From the NCBI GenBank assembly GCA_023231475.1, contig JALJEE010002185.1:124001-163518 (forward strand): 39,518 nt of DNA, written 5' to 3'. The first letter of the stretch is position 1. Each line of letters begins with the position of its first letter. Under the pieces are notes generated by a model. That model did not search any database, was not told the DNA's origin, and saw only the letters and a list, made by a program, of their open reading frames with translations. Source of the stretch: Seison nebaliae. Its lineage: Eukaryota. Shown here one piece after another: positions 1-12,049 of the stretch. Position numbers and translations under genes: made by a program.

Positions 1-1222
1 TGTGCTTTATACATCTTGTCTGGTAATTAGAACCTGAATTTTGATCATTCTTAACAAAACACTCATCAGAGCGCATATTAGATGCATAGTTGTCGGGAGC
101 ACATTCATCTATACGATCATTTACAAAATTAGGTATTTTCTCATTGACTGGATATTGTTGTTTTTGAGATTGGTGTTGTTGTTCTTGTTGGTGGCAATGT
201 TGTAGTTGTTCTGGTTGTTGATGAATATATTGCGATTGTTCTAATGATTTCTTTTCAATACGAGTTTGGTGATGATTAAATTGTTGTTGTTTTTGTTGTT
301 GTTGTTGCTGTTGTTGTTGCTTTCCAACATTACAATTGTGGGAATGAGAATGATGATTATGGAATTGATGATTAAGATGATCAAATTTTCGTTTCTTAAA
401 AATTTCAAACTTCTTCGTATTGCCAGTATTCAAATTTCGACTTAATTCATTAATAATATTGTTCGAATTCTTTTCTAGATTGTTTCCATTATCATACAAA
501 TAACTCTGATGTGCGAGTGCTGTGGATGAGATTAATGGCGAAACTTCATCGGACGGATCAGATTCTTTTGTTGTCGATTGTACATGATTTCTATGTACAT
601 TATACTTCAGTTGCTTTTGTTTGATGTATGATTTATTTTCACTCGAATAGGAATCTAGACAATCATCGATATTTACATGTGAACAACCTTCCCGATTATC
701 GACTAAAGAAAATTTATGTAATCGCTTCTTTACTCTCCTCTTCTCTTCACAACAATTACTTATTTCTTCAGTGATCTCCGGTTCTTTTTTTTTGATTTGC
801 TGTTGTTCTTTCTGTCGCTGTTGAAATTTGGAATAAGCTTCTTTCCTTTCCGATTTTTCTCTTGGGAATTTTGGAGCAGATACACTTTTCTTTCGTTCAT
901 CGAATTCTTTCTGTACGTTCGATTGTTCATTATCTAATCTTTCATTTACCTCATTAAGATTCTTATCAATGGCAACCTTTCCTGGATAAGTGTCAATTTT
1001 TTTCAATTTGGAATTTCCATCTGTTCCATTTGTTCTTTCTTTGTTCACGATTCTTTTTGCCTTCTCTTCTTCATTAACTATAATCTCCATTGCCAATGAA
1101 GTTCCTTCCTCCATATCACATGTAGATGGGAGATCCTTTGAATTATATGCCATTGTGCAACATGCTGATGATGATGATGATGATGTTGATGTTCTATCAG
1201 TTAAATCATTCGTCTGATACAT
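1..1222 (-). CDS. N-terminal portion (>=407 aa) of a low-complexity, Gln/His/Lys/Glu-rich protein; runs off the left end of the window
   Basis: Stop-free minus-strand frame from ATG at 1222 (MYQTNDLTDRTSTSSSSSACCTMAYNSKDLP...) to base 1, with a poly-Gln tract (QQQQQQQQQKQQQ). It is absent from the ORF track because no stop lies in the window. No domain recognised. Confidence 0.75.
   Translation of the reverse strand, partial: MYQTNDLTDRTSTSSSSSSACCTMAYNSKDLPSTCDMEEGTSLAMEIIVNEEEKAKRIVNKERTNGTDGNSKLKKIDTYPGKVAIDKNLNEVNERLDNEQSNVQKEFDERKKSVSAPKFPREKSERKEAYSKFQQRQKEQQQIKKKEPEITEEISNCCEEKRRVKKRLHKFSLVDNREGCSHVNIDDCLDSYSSENKSYIKQKQLKYNVHRNHVQSTTKESDPSDEVSPLISSTALAHQSYLYDNGNNLEKNSNNIINELSRNLNTGNTKKFEIFKKRKFDHLNHQFHNHHSHSHNCNVGKQQQQQQQQQKQQQFNHHQTRIEKKSLEQSQYIHQQPEQLQHCHQQEQQHQSQKQQYPVNEKIPNFVNDRIDECAPDNYASNMRSDECFVKNDQNSGSNYQTRCIKH
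281..320 (-). repeat. (CAA/CAG)n trinucleotide repeat encoding poly-Gln
   Basis: ttgttgttgtttttgttgttgttgttgctgttgttgttgc on the + strand, in frame within the 1..1222 ORF. Confidence 0.85.
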
Positions 1223-3284
1223 TATCAAGTGTTCTTTCCCAATTGCTTAGTCAACTCCTTCCAGTTGAATTCTATGTTCTGCTCTCCCACTTGCGACTTA
1301 TCCTCTTTTTTCCTTTTCAGAGGTTTTCCATTAATTTTCACTCTAATCTTTATGGAGATTCCACTTTTTTCCTTTTCGAGTGAGGAGAAGAAGAAAGAAA
1401 CTCTAAAGTCAAAAATAAGCTAAACTCGGAGAATGAGATGGTCGATTTAAAGATTCTAGTTTCACTCTATATTTTCCGTCTGATTCGTAATTTTTATGTC
1501 TATTAATTCGGAATGACTCGGAAAGAATACAATTTATTTAAGATAATTCATTAATACGATTGCTTATCTGTTGACTTCAATAAATGAAATAAGGAGAAAA
1601 CAAAATAAGAGAATAGAACCATTCTCTTGGCTGTCACTTGCATGACAATGTAGAACATGATCTTTCATATAATATATACGTCAAATACTTCAAATACAAT
1701 CAAATGCTTCAACCAAACAATACGTAAGAGATGAAGACGATGCACACGGACTAGACCAAAAATGACGAAAATACTTCTCGACCTATTCTTCAACTATTCC
1801 ATTATTCTTACGTTTCTCTCCCATCTAGATACAGTTCTACCTTCATCATCCCTAAACTAAACACACAAGCGCTCACTCGCATATAGACATACTTTCCGTC
1901 TAATTGAAACATGAAATGAACAGAAATTACAATTCGATGGTAATATATCCATCACTTAACTTACCAATTCACGCTCATATGTTCCAACTGGATTAAGCTC
2001 GATTGTTCCTATAACTTCCTCGTCCTTGACGTTATGCCATCTTTTCCATTTCGACTTTCAATCGCATATTCCTCTACTCCTTTATCGACTAATTTATTGC
2101 TCGTTATTAAAGAATCCACTTCTTTAATTTTTTTCATTATTTATCTCTTATAATCCTCAAATTTACTGATATCAATTTATCTCCAGATACTGCGAGAGAA
2201 CATTTCACTGAAAAACATCTCAATTTCAATCAATTATTTCCATCACATTATAATATAATTACAAATACTTATTAATTTTTTCATACGTTCAATTAGAGTA
2301 ATGTTCATGAGTTCAATAATTTTAGTTCAATATTAAAAGTAATGCTTTCAAAAATAATTCTTATTATCATTCAATAATGATATGAAATGAGAAGAGTTTA
2401 TAAAGCTTCTGAAAGTTTAAGTAGAGAATCATCTAGATCATTTCTTAATAGCATTAATTTCAAATTTATTTAGTTAATTTCTTTGTATTAATGTCTTATC
2501 GTAACTGACGTCTAATATTAGTGATAAAAATGAGCTGATAGATGGAAAGTACTAATAAATAATTTGAAAAATAAGTAGAGCAATTTTATTGTAGAGGCTC
2601 TTATGGTTTGTGCAACAACCGTTTCCTCCAACAGCTTACATAACATTCTCTAATAACACCATCTGTCGAATACCATCAGATATGTTACATTCAATTAACT
2701 AATATGAACTAAATTTATCAAAAAAAAATGTATGAACGAGTTAAAACAAAATAGCAAATTGTCTGACAACTTCACTTATCTTCCCATCTCATAGAATTAA
2801 CAACTCTATAAACTACCTCCATCAAAACTTTTCCTGAATCTTGTTGATTGTAATCCTGAACAAGACTTTACAAAAATTGGAAAAATTCTTAAATTTTCGT
2901 TAATCCATAATTAATATAATTTGTTATATAAAACCTGAATTATTTTCATTAGCAATTTCCATAAGATTATTAAATAAACACAGTGTATAGTTAAAAATCA
3001 TTAGTTATGTTCACAATCATACAATGAATTTATAGGAACCAATAAATTTAGAATACGATGAAAAATTTAGTTTTTGGAGTTTAACGAAAAACAAAAGTTA
3101 TTGAGATCGATTTTGAAGTAGTTTGAATTATCATAGTTCTAATTTCGCAAAAAAAGACAAAATGTTCAAATTAGCAATTCGAATTGAATTAATTTTATCA
3201 TATTTATATTGCTTCGTAGAATGTACAATATCGATATGTACAAATAGTCAAATTTCTAGAAATATAGTGTTTTATATGAAGTAT

Positions 3285-3719
3285 TTATTTTAAGGAGAAC
3301 AATATTCTTTTATATTTTCCATATATTGCTTTAATATTTAATATAATCAATTCAGTTTCCTTTTTGTACCACTCAGCATTATACGAACGGTGATTGAGAT
3401 AATGATCCTCAAGAAATTTACGATGGAATTCTGACCAATAATTCGCTTCTACTTCCAAATTGCCTTTCGTTGGAAGGGAAGATAAATATTTTTCATATTC
3501 TTTTTGTTTCCGAGTGTACTCTCGATTATGAGCGAGCCAATATTCATGATTCATTATTGCCAACTTTTCCACCTCCTCGCAATACAATCGTTCTGCTTCT
3601 GATAATTTAGAGACATTATCATATTGTACCAAGTGAATATTGGAAATCTTGTTAGGTGGCGAAATTAACATGATTGGAAAACGACGATATTCCTTCAATA
3701 AATTCTGTAATTTTCCCAT
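3285..3719 (-). CDS. COA8: Cytochrome c oxidase assembly factor 8 (APOPT1 family), intronless
   Basis: Motif series ISPPNKISNI...YWLAHNREY...SEFHRKFL...HRSYNAEWYKK parallels the APOPT1/COA8 pattern IGPPDxxSNL...FWxxxNxxF...FYKEFL...HxxYNxxWYK (recognised from memory). Confidence 0.8.
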   Translation of the reverse strand: MGKLQNLLKEYRRFPIMLISPPNKISNIHLVQYDNVSKLSEAERLYCEEVEKLAIMNHEYWLAHNREYTRKQKEYEKYLSSLPTKGNLEVEANYWSEFHRKFLEDHYLNHRSYNAEWYKKETELIILNIKAIYGKYKRILFSLK

Positions 3720-6700
3720 TGGAATTATTGCTATCTACATCAAAATATCCACATTTACTTATGCTTATTTAAATTGGAGAAACAATTTTATATAAATTAA
3801 TAACAATTTATTGAGCTTAATTTATCGAACTATTTAATCTTATGCAATTCGAAAACCATAAATATTTAATGATCCCCAAGGAAAAAACTACAGTTGCATT
3901 CAGTAACATCTATTTTATTTTCTTATTAGAAGTCTTGATTTGTTAAATTTGTTTTCATATTTGTTTATTAATTACGATATTACATGATTGTTGTTCAATT
4001 ATTAGTCATTACAACCATTCAATGAAAGTTCATTTTCCTTCGATTGTGATTTAGTATTTGTCCTTTATTGTTTGTCTTATTATTCCCGGGAAAAAAATTT
4101 CCAAACAGCAAAAACAAAGAGCTTGTGTCCAAAGATGCAAAGTACATTTAGTAGAAATTTCTACTGAATTCACTATAACTAGTTGACATTAGATAGGCAG
4201 TTGATAAATTTAAATACTTACAAGTGAACGTTAGAATTGTTCGAAAATTCTAAAAGAAAGAACTTCCCCAAAATACACGAATTCCATATTATGATGTTAA
4301 ATTTTAATTTGCACTTCAACCGTTTTCGTTTATTGATTTTTTAAAACTCTATTCTTTTGCACTCTGTTGGTTGTTAATAATCTTAAGAGTCTTAATGGGA
4401 AATAATATCAATAACGGTAATTTCGTTGCCGTCAAATAATAATCTATAACTTCGTCAGCATTTCATTTATTAATTCGCTAGATTAATTCATACTAAAATA
4501 CATCGAATGTCAAAGTGGTAAATAAATCATTCTATAAACCGATTAATTTGATTATAGAATATCGATATTAGCATATAATAATATTATTGAATTGAGAAAA
4601 ATGAGAGAGCTTATTGAAATTAGAATGGACATTTTATGTAATCGAGATGTGAATTCATGTTTACTAGAATTCTTAAGGCAAAGTTATCCATTGAATCAAA
4701 TGTTATTAACATCATTAATTGTTATATATTATTAAATACATATTATTAAATGTCCATGTCATTAAAATGGAATTCGATATTGAGCGAACTTTTTTAGATA
4801 AACAAATAACCTTTGCAGAATTATATTCATCCTACCTGGTTTTCTTTTGACGAAGTCATTTTGAAGAAGATGAAGTAGAAATATTTCTTGGTTTTTTGAT
4901 TCATAAGGAGAAGATAAGTTCAATTTTTGTTGGTAACATTCGACATATAAATTCATTCGAAACTTCTAGTCATTTTATCACTTAATAAGAATTTTTCTGT
5001 TAATCTCACATTTATCAGAATCGATACTATTCTTCACCTTTGTTATGGTTGCGATCAACTTCAAGCATTTCTCGATATTTAGAATAAACCCATGAATTTA
5101 TTGGATAAAGACTTTTGCCAAGTTTATCCTGTGTATCATCGATGTGTGAATTTTATGTGTTATGTTCCTATTTCACTAGAATAATTCTAGTCTGGATACC
5201 ATTCCATCCGGTGTTATTCCTGGATTGATTTTTGCTGCAAAATATTTCGTCATCGTCATTTCCATTCGTCATCGGTGTTTTCGCGCTGCATACTATTTAA
5301 CACTTCCATGCTTCAATGTAATATTTCCATCATGATTAATTAATAACAGAAATATGCTGATTATTTTAAAATTGGATGAGGACATAGTGCTCTCATTCCA
5401 TATATTTCATTTGGTCTATCTTCATATTTCATGCGTTTATTTTCATCCCAAAGAGAGATTAGTTTTTTCTTCAAAAACAAAAAATAATAATAATAATAAC
5501 AATAATAAAACATAACATAAACAGATTAAGATTACCGAACGACGAGAATATCTTTCTCTGAAAGTGAGACTAATTATTATGATATTATGACTAATATGTT
5601 ATTGGAATTATCTGATTCACAAAATGTGCAAAAGTAAATCATTTTTATTAAGAGACTCTGGATTGAAAAGTTGTAAATTATTTTTCAATCGATTTCTAGT
5701 GAATTAAATAATAATAGAACATTTAAAATCTCATTTTCTCCAATTTAAAGATACATCATGTCATGAAATTTGAGTAAGACAACATAAGAACGATGTTTGT
5801 TCATTTCATGCCAGAGAAAAAGTCAAATAAAATTTAACATCGGTTTTATTGCACATTAGTTCGTCACCTTATAAAATTATCACCACAAGCAATATATAGT
5901 GTGAAATGAATGATGACTGTTTTCCAATAAGGTGTGTCTTTTGAAGAAAATCTCTTGGATTCCATTAGATAATAGAATAATTTTCATTAAATTTCTTGGA
6001 ATTTAATTTAAGTCTTAAGAGTTTATGATGTATCAGATCTATCATTTTATAAGATTATTGTAATATTGATGTAGAATGAGAAGTATTTGAAGAAGATGGG
6101 AAAAATAGGAGTAATAGATTATTGACATAACTTTATAGTCAATAAGCATGACAAGCAACAGACAGCATTGTTAATAATAGTGGAAAATGTACAAGAATGT
6201 TAATCATGAAGAAGTAATAAGAAGGAGGAAGGAATTAAATAATTCGAACTGAAAATGTTCATTAGCATATATTCATCCATCATCCTGATGATAATGACGA
6301 AGAGTCTTGGAGAAATGTTAAAGTGAATGGCTCGAACAAAGTTCAGAAAGCATTAGACGAGAAAAATATTATTAAGTATTAATTTATTAATTAGTATTGT
6401 TCACATAAGTAATTGTATGAATTGTATGATGATAGATATTTGTGCAGAAAACTTGTGGTGTATGTCCTATAAGGATGTTAGAAAGAACAGATGTTTATAA
6501 TTTTCATTCGATGCGATTCATTGTTATGAAGTGAAGGGATCATGTACCTACATGTAACATTAGCGTATTATTAGAAATAATTAATATAAAATGCAATAAT
6601 GAGTAATAGATCAATTACGATCGAATATTGATTCTTTTACTCATTCATCGACATATACCCAGTTTTATGCAACTTTTCAATCTCTCGTCCACATACCTTC

Positions 6701-8102
6701 ACATACATCATCTCCTTTCATATGTGATGAAAATTTCGAATAATAAAATTTGATTTGTATAGAAAACTTTTTTGCAGTCTCTTGTAAGTATTATCTAGTT
6801 TTTTGTACAATTTCTAATCATGATACGTTCAGACGAGAAACAGTGGAGCAGAAAGAATGAACGATTTTTATAATACTTTTATTAATTTTCATGATCTTTG
6901 GCCGGGTCGGAAGGAGTGAACTTACTTACGTTAGCTAGATTAGCGGAAAATTAAGGAACTTTTTTTTGTTTCAGCTAAATCTATCTGATCTAATACTATT
7001 TGAGACGGTATTCCTTCGTTATAGTTAGATAATCGTTCTGGGAATACATTCTCAATAAAATAATGTTATTCACTATGTTTTCTCATGTTCTTCGGATGAA
7101 GAATGATTCAATTTCTAATTACAGTTCTAAGATTTCAATATTATACGATTCTTTTTTCGGTTAAATGAAACATCAAATTTTTAATTTCGTTTTTATCAAA
7201 ATGCTTATGACATATATTTGAATGAACAACATATGGAAATTCCGCCATGATTTTCCAAGGACACTCGATAAATTCCTTCTCTAATAAAGTAATGAGTGAC
7301 GATATTAGAATACGGCTCAAAAGTTTGCTGCGAGAAAAAATCCTTAAAACATTCTTATTTATATTCTTATTACTTACGGCGGCCTATAGATAATTATACA
7401 TGTGAACACAGTAATATTCTGGTAGACTACTAATTTTACAATGGATTTACATTCTCTTATTTCTATCCCATTCACACAAATTGAATATTTCCTGCATCAT
7501 TTTCTATTTCCTTGAACGGATCTAACCTACTGCTATTCTTCCATTTTCATTTGGGCATTATTTTGAAGAACCATTTTGTTTAAAATTGGTTGATTGCAGA
7601 TTCTTCTTCCATTAATCGCTTGAGAAATCATGTGGAGTTTATTTAGAAGAAAAGTTGAAGTTATTGATAAGACACGTGTTGAATTAAATGGGAAGGATTT
7701 CTATGAGATTAGTTCATATATACAAGTATATAACATGTCGTTCATTGATTGGTAAATAAAGTAGAATAATTGTTAGAGAAAACGGATGACAATGTTAAGT
7801 TTCTATGTTCATCGAATGAACTAGAATGATCGTAAAAATAGAATATGTTTGTATTCAACTAATTGAATTGTTTGTGCATTTATTTTATATAGATGTTTCC
7901 TTTTATTCACTTTTTTTCAGGTTATTATTATTTACAGTGTCGTGTATAACATAATTCATTCTATAATTATATTAGGAATGATGAAGAACTTATTGATAAA
8001 TTAGAGCACCAACCAACTTCTTTAATTTAATAATACATCGACATTATTATTAAATTCTGACATTGCAATAAAAAGCGTACATTGTCGATCAATGTAGAAC
8101 CA

Positions 8103-10731
8103 ATGAATATCTGTCTCTTATTACTTCTTTTCATTAAAAGTGAAGTTATGGTTCTCAAAGGTGATTCTCCGTTTCGATTATTACGTAGTCGCCCCAACAA
8201 ACTTTCGTCAGAAAAACCCAATTTGACGAATAAGAAATTCTCTCTATACGACGAACAACCTCACAATAAAAATGTATCATTATCATTCTTCAATTCCATC
8301 GATTATTACGAAGCAAGAAATATCAAACCGAAACGAATACAAAATGCTGAGAAAATGCTATATCGTTATTTACTGGCAGACTATGAGAAAGATAGCAGAC
8401 CAGTTCTCGGCTCTGAAAATGTTACTGTTCTCATCAATCTGGTGGTTGTTACAATAATGGCAATGGATGAACGAAATCAAATTCTTACAACTCATTTGTG
8501 GGTAGATCAAAAATGGAGAGATGCTCATTTAACATGGAATCCTGACGATTTTAATGGAATTGTTAGAACTCAGATACCTGCTACCCAAATCTGGGTACCT
8601 GATACCTTCATTTATAACACGTTCCTATAATTATTCTTACGATAATTACTGATTTTAATACCTCTTATATATGTTTTTAGTGCTGATGAGCAGTTTTCTG
8701 GTTTTATAGCCCCGAGTACTCTTGGATATTTGTTGGTACAACACGACGGAAAAGTTCATTGGCCACATCCCCTCCGATTAAAAAGTACGTGTCGAGTTAA
8801 TATTCGATATTTTCCTTTTGATAGTCAAACGTGTACTATCAGAATTGGATCTTGGAGTTATAATGGTCACCAAGTTTAGTTTTATTTTTGTGTTAATAAA
8901 ATATTTAAAAAATATTTAATTTTTTAGGTCTATATAAAGAATGAAGCGGAAAAACCAGATATTACTGAATATACTCAAAATACAGCTTGGGAACTAATAT
9001 CGGCCAAATTGGAAAGTCGTATAAGAATTTATAAGAGTTGGCCAGAACCGTTTCCGGAAATTATGATGCATTTAAGAATACGAAGACGACCACTATATTA
9101 TACATATAATGTGATAATTCCATGTATTCTTTTAAGTGCATTAACCACCTTAACATTTGCACTACCAGCTGATACAGGTGAACGAGTGACACTTGGTGTA
9201 AATATATTTTTAGCAATTAGTGTATTTATGTTATTGGTGGCTGAACAGGTACCTGAGACGTCTGAATCAGTTCCATTATTAGGTTATTTTTTAGCATAAT
9301 CAAAAAAATTTTCAATTTTCTTCTGAAAATTTTTAGGTGTTTATTTCACAATTGTTATGGTTACTACATTTGCAGCGATTGCTTGGGCCATATTCATAAT
9401 TAATATTTTGAGAAGTGCACAAGCATCAAAAGCTCCCCCGATTATCCCTCTGAAGATAATAATTATAATAGCTCCTTTTATTTGGATAAGAGTACCAGCC
9501 GGTTTACGAAGTGAAATGGCTGAAAAGAAGCTTGAACAAATTAAAGGTAAAAAAGAACGTAAAAGTTTTAAAAAAAACATTTCAAAACAGACTTCAAATC
9601 TACAAATTTCCGGTCTAAACAACCTCTCACAAAGGAGATTACAAGCGTTCAAACCAAATTACCATCGTCATCGACGACTTTATATGAATTTACCAAAGAA
9701 TCTTTTTAATAGCAGTTAGTCGTTATTTTAAATGATAAGGAGTCTAATAAATTTATGAAGAATTTAATGTCATCCAAACTGATTGTGATAGAATTGAAAA
9801 GAAACGTAAATGGTTAATCAAACAAGCTGATGTAATAAGTGATGAAAGCGAAATAGTTCTACCTTCAGTTCAACTAAAAGATAGATCTGACGAATTATTT
9901 AAAATATTCGGACGAAACGCAAAAAAGAGTTTGTTGAGCAACAATCATATGTCGGTCGATCAATCTTCAGATTCGATTGTCGCTAAAAAAAAATTATCGA
10001 TTAAATCCGCCGTCTCCAATCCTAATCTTTGTGTAATTAACGATAATAATAAGATTGTTTCCAATTACAGTTTCAGTATAAACAACGATTCACCGCGTAA
10101 GACATCTGACGATTTGAACGACGACAAAACATCCAGAAACTCCAGAAATTCATTATTTTTTTATGGAACAGGAGAAAAATTTAGTACGAAACAATTGTTA
10201 CAGCAGAAGACGTATCATAAGGTTCCAAGCATTTCTTTAAGTAACTTCGATTTTTCCATGTTGGTACCAATTGATTCGAACCAAAAGGTTGTCTCAAAAG
10301 AAAAGAGCGAAATATCAGAAAAATCGATTGATAATGGAAATGATTCCGCCACCGATTCAGACGCCTCGTTCAAAACGATGAAAAAGAAAGGAACAAAATT
10401 GTTGCGAAGGACTGTATTGGATGAATCGAGTGAGACAGTGAAGAAATTAGAAGAGAAGAATAATCAATTCCAATCAACTGATACAAGAAATCAAACGAAA
10501 ATGAACAATGTTATTCCAAAGAAATCGGGCGTGAAAGGGAAGGAGTTATTTGGGAAGAAAATTAGAGAATTGATTGACAGTCATCATTCTCAAATGTGTA
10601 CGATAAAGAAACAATGGCTATTTATTGCTGCCGCATTGGATCGTTTTTTTCTTTTATTTTTTTCCATTTTTAACATTGCTACCTGTGTGGTAATGTTGTT
10701 CATTATACCGGCAATAGCGAAGGACTATTAA
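8103..10731 (+). CDS. Nicotinic acetylcholine receptor-like Cys-loop ligand-gated cation channel subunit (alpha7/alpha9-like backbone, non-alpha loop C); exons 8103-8620, 8681-8873, 8928-9282, 9337-9714, 9761-10731
   Basis: Signal peptide MNICLLLLLFIKS; WVPDTFIYN (loop A); Cys-loop CRVNIRYFPFDSQTC; GSWSY (loop B); RRRPLYY-M1; M2 TGERVTLGVNIFLAISVFMLLVAEQVPETS; M4 WLFIAAALDRFFLLFF. Four GT-AG introns (60, 54, 54, 46 nt) keep the frame. Confidence 0.93.
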
Positions 10732-12049
10732 CCTTCCTATTATTTTCTTTATACAGTTAACAATATGAAACTTACTTGTTATATCAACATATCATAAGGC
10801 GATATGACAATTATAAAATAAACTTTTTTTTTACCATAACAGTAATAACAGTTAACCATAATTAAGGTGAAATCCTCTTAGGTCAACACAAGTTCTTACG
10901 TTAGAAAGGTTTGTCTGATAGACCAATATAATCTCTTGAGATTTAAGTACATTATTGTTAATGAAAAGTTACATTTCATTCTATTTCTTTCCAAATTTCT
11001 TTAAAATATTAATATACATTAATAACCTCATTACTTACTTACTTTACCAGAACACTTTACCCTTTTTCACCTCAAAACTTATTGAAATAAAATTCTTTAC
11101 AAAACAATTGTGCTTCCACAAGTTTTATTCATCGGATTGATAAACTTAATTGAAGATCCTCAATTAATAATATCATCCTTAATCTCACTCCCTCTATAAT
11201 TATAATCGACTTTTACGTAGGCCGACCAGCTTACAAATTGATTCAAACTGTTTGAGTGACCTAACATTAATTATACAGTTCCCTTTCATATTTGCACTAT
11301 CAACTATAATCTATATAAATAGTGCAATTGTGCCAGTTTTAGCTTCTATTTTAGGAATCACTTACAATTTTGTTAGTTATTGAGTATTCAGCACCTCATG
11401 TCTTCACTGTATCTAACTTACAGTTAGCAAGCAATTAAATTCACAATCAATATTTCATTTAGTAAAATATATTATTTGAAAATTTAATGACGAAAAGGAA
11501 TGTATATTAAGTAATTATCATCAAAATTACATAAACTAAATCGTTTGACAAGTCTCTCAATGTTGGTTGATGTTTTAGAATGACTCTTAATTAGTAAATG
11601 AATCGATATGAATTATCGATCGATAAGCAATTATTCTAAACACGCATTTGATAATTATGAGATGACAATTTTAATTAAGTCATTGCATTTCTATGACATT
11701 TTGACTCCTTAGTCCGACAAGTGATCGCGCGACTCATCTATAAAACGTACGTTTATATGCTCACTTATAAATGCTTAATAAGTTTATATGAGAAAATATT
11801 TTGTAGCTTTAAAAATTTGTTTGGTAAAAATAAATGAGCTATTGTGAATTATTTACAAATTTAACATGTTTGAAACATTAATATAATTCTGTTATATATT
11901 TTACTCATTCGTTGCATGTGGACATTTTCGCACACTTTTCTCAACCGTGACATTTCATGCTACTAATTTTCAATTTAGAAGTGCTAGAAAAATCAACTGG
12001 GTGGTGGTTAGTCAAATATATCTAGATACGGAAAACATTTCTGGCAAAA

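Noticed and set aside
990..1423. Three short plus-strand ORFs (poly-Asp and poly-Met tracts)
   Set aside because: They are antisense shadows of the long minus-strand ORF and its (TCA)n Ser tract or 5' region.
4762..5560. Possible multi-exon minus-strand gene (fragments KKLISLWDENKRMKYEDRP; MEMTMTKYFAAKINPGITPDGM; 64-aa ORF)
   Set aside because: Some splice-like boundaries exist, but in-frame stops block any continuous model and I recognise no homology.
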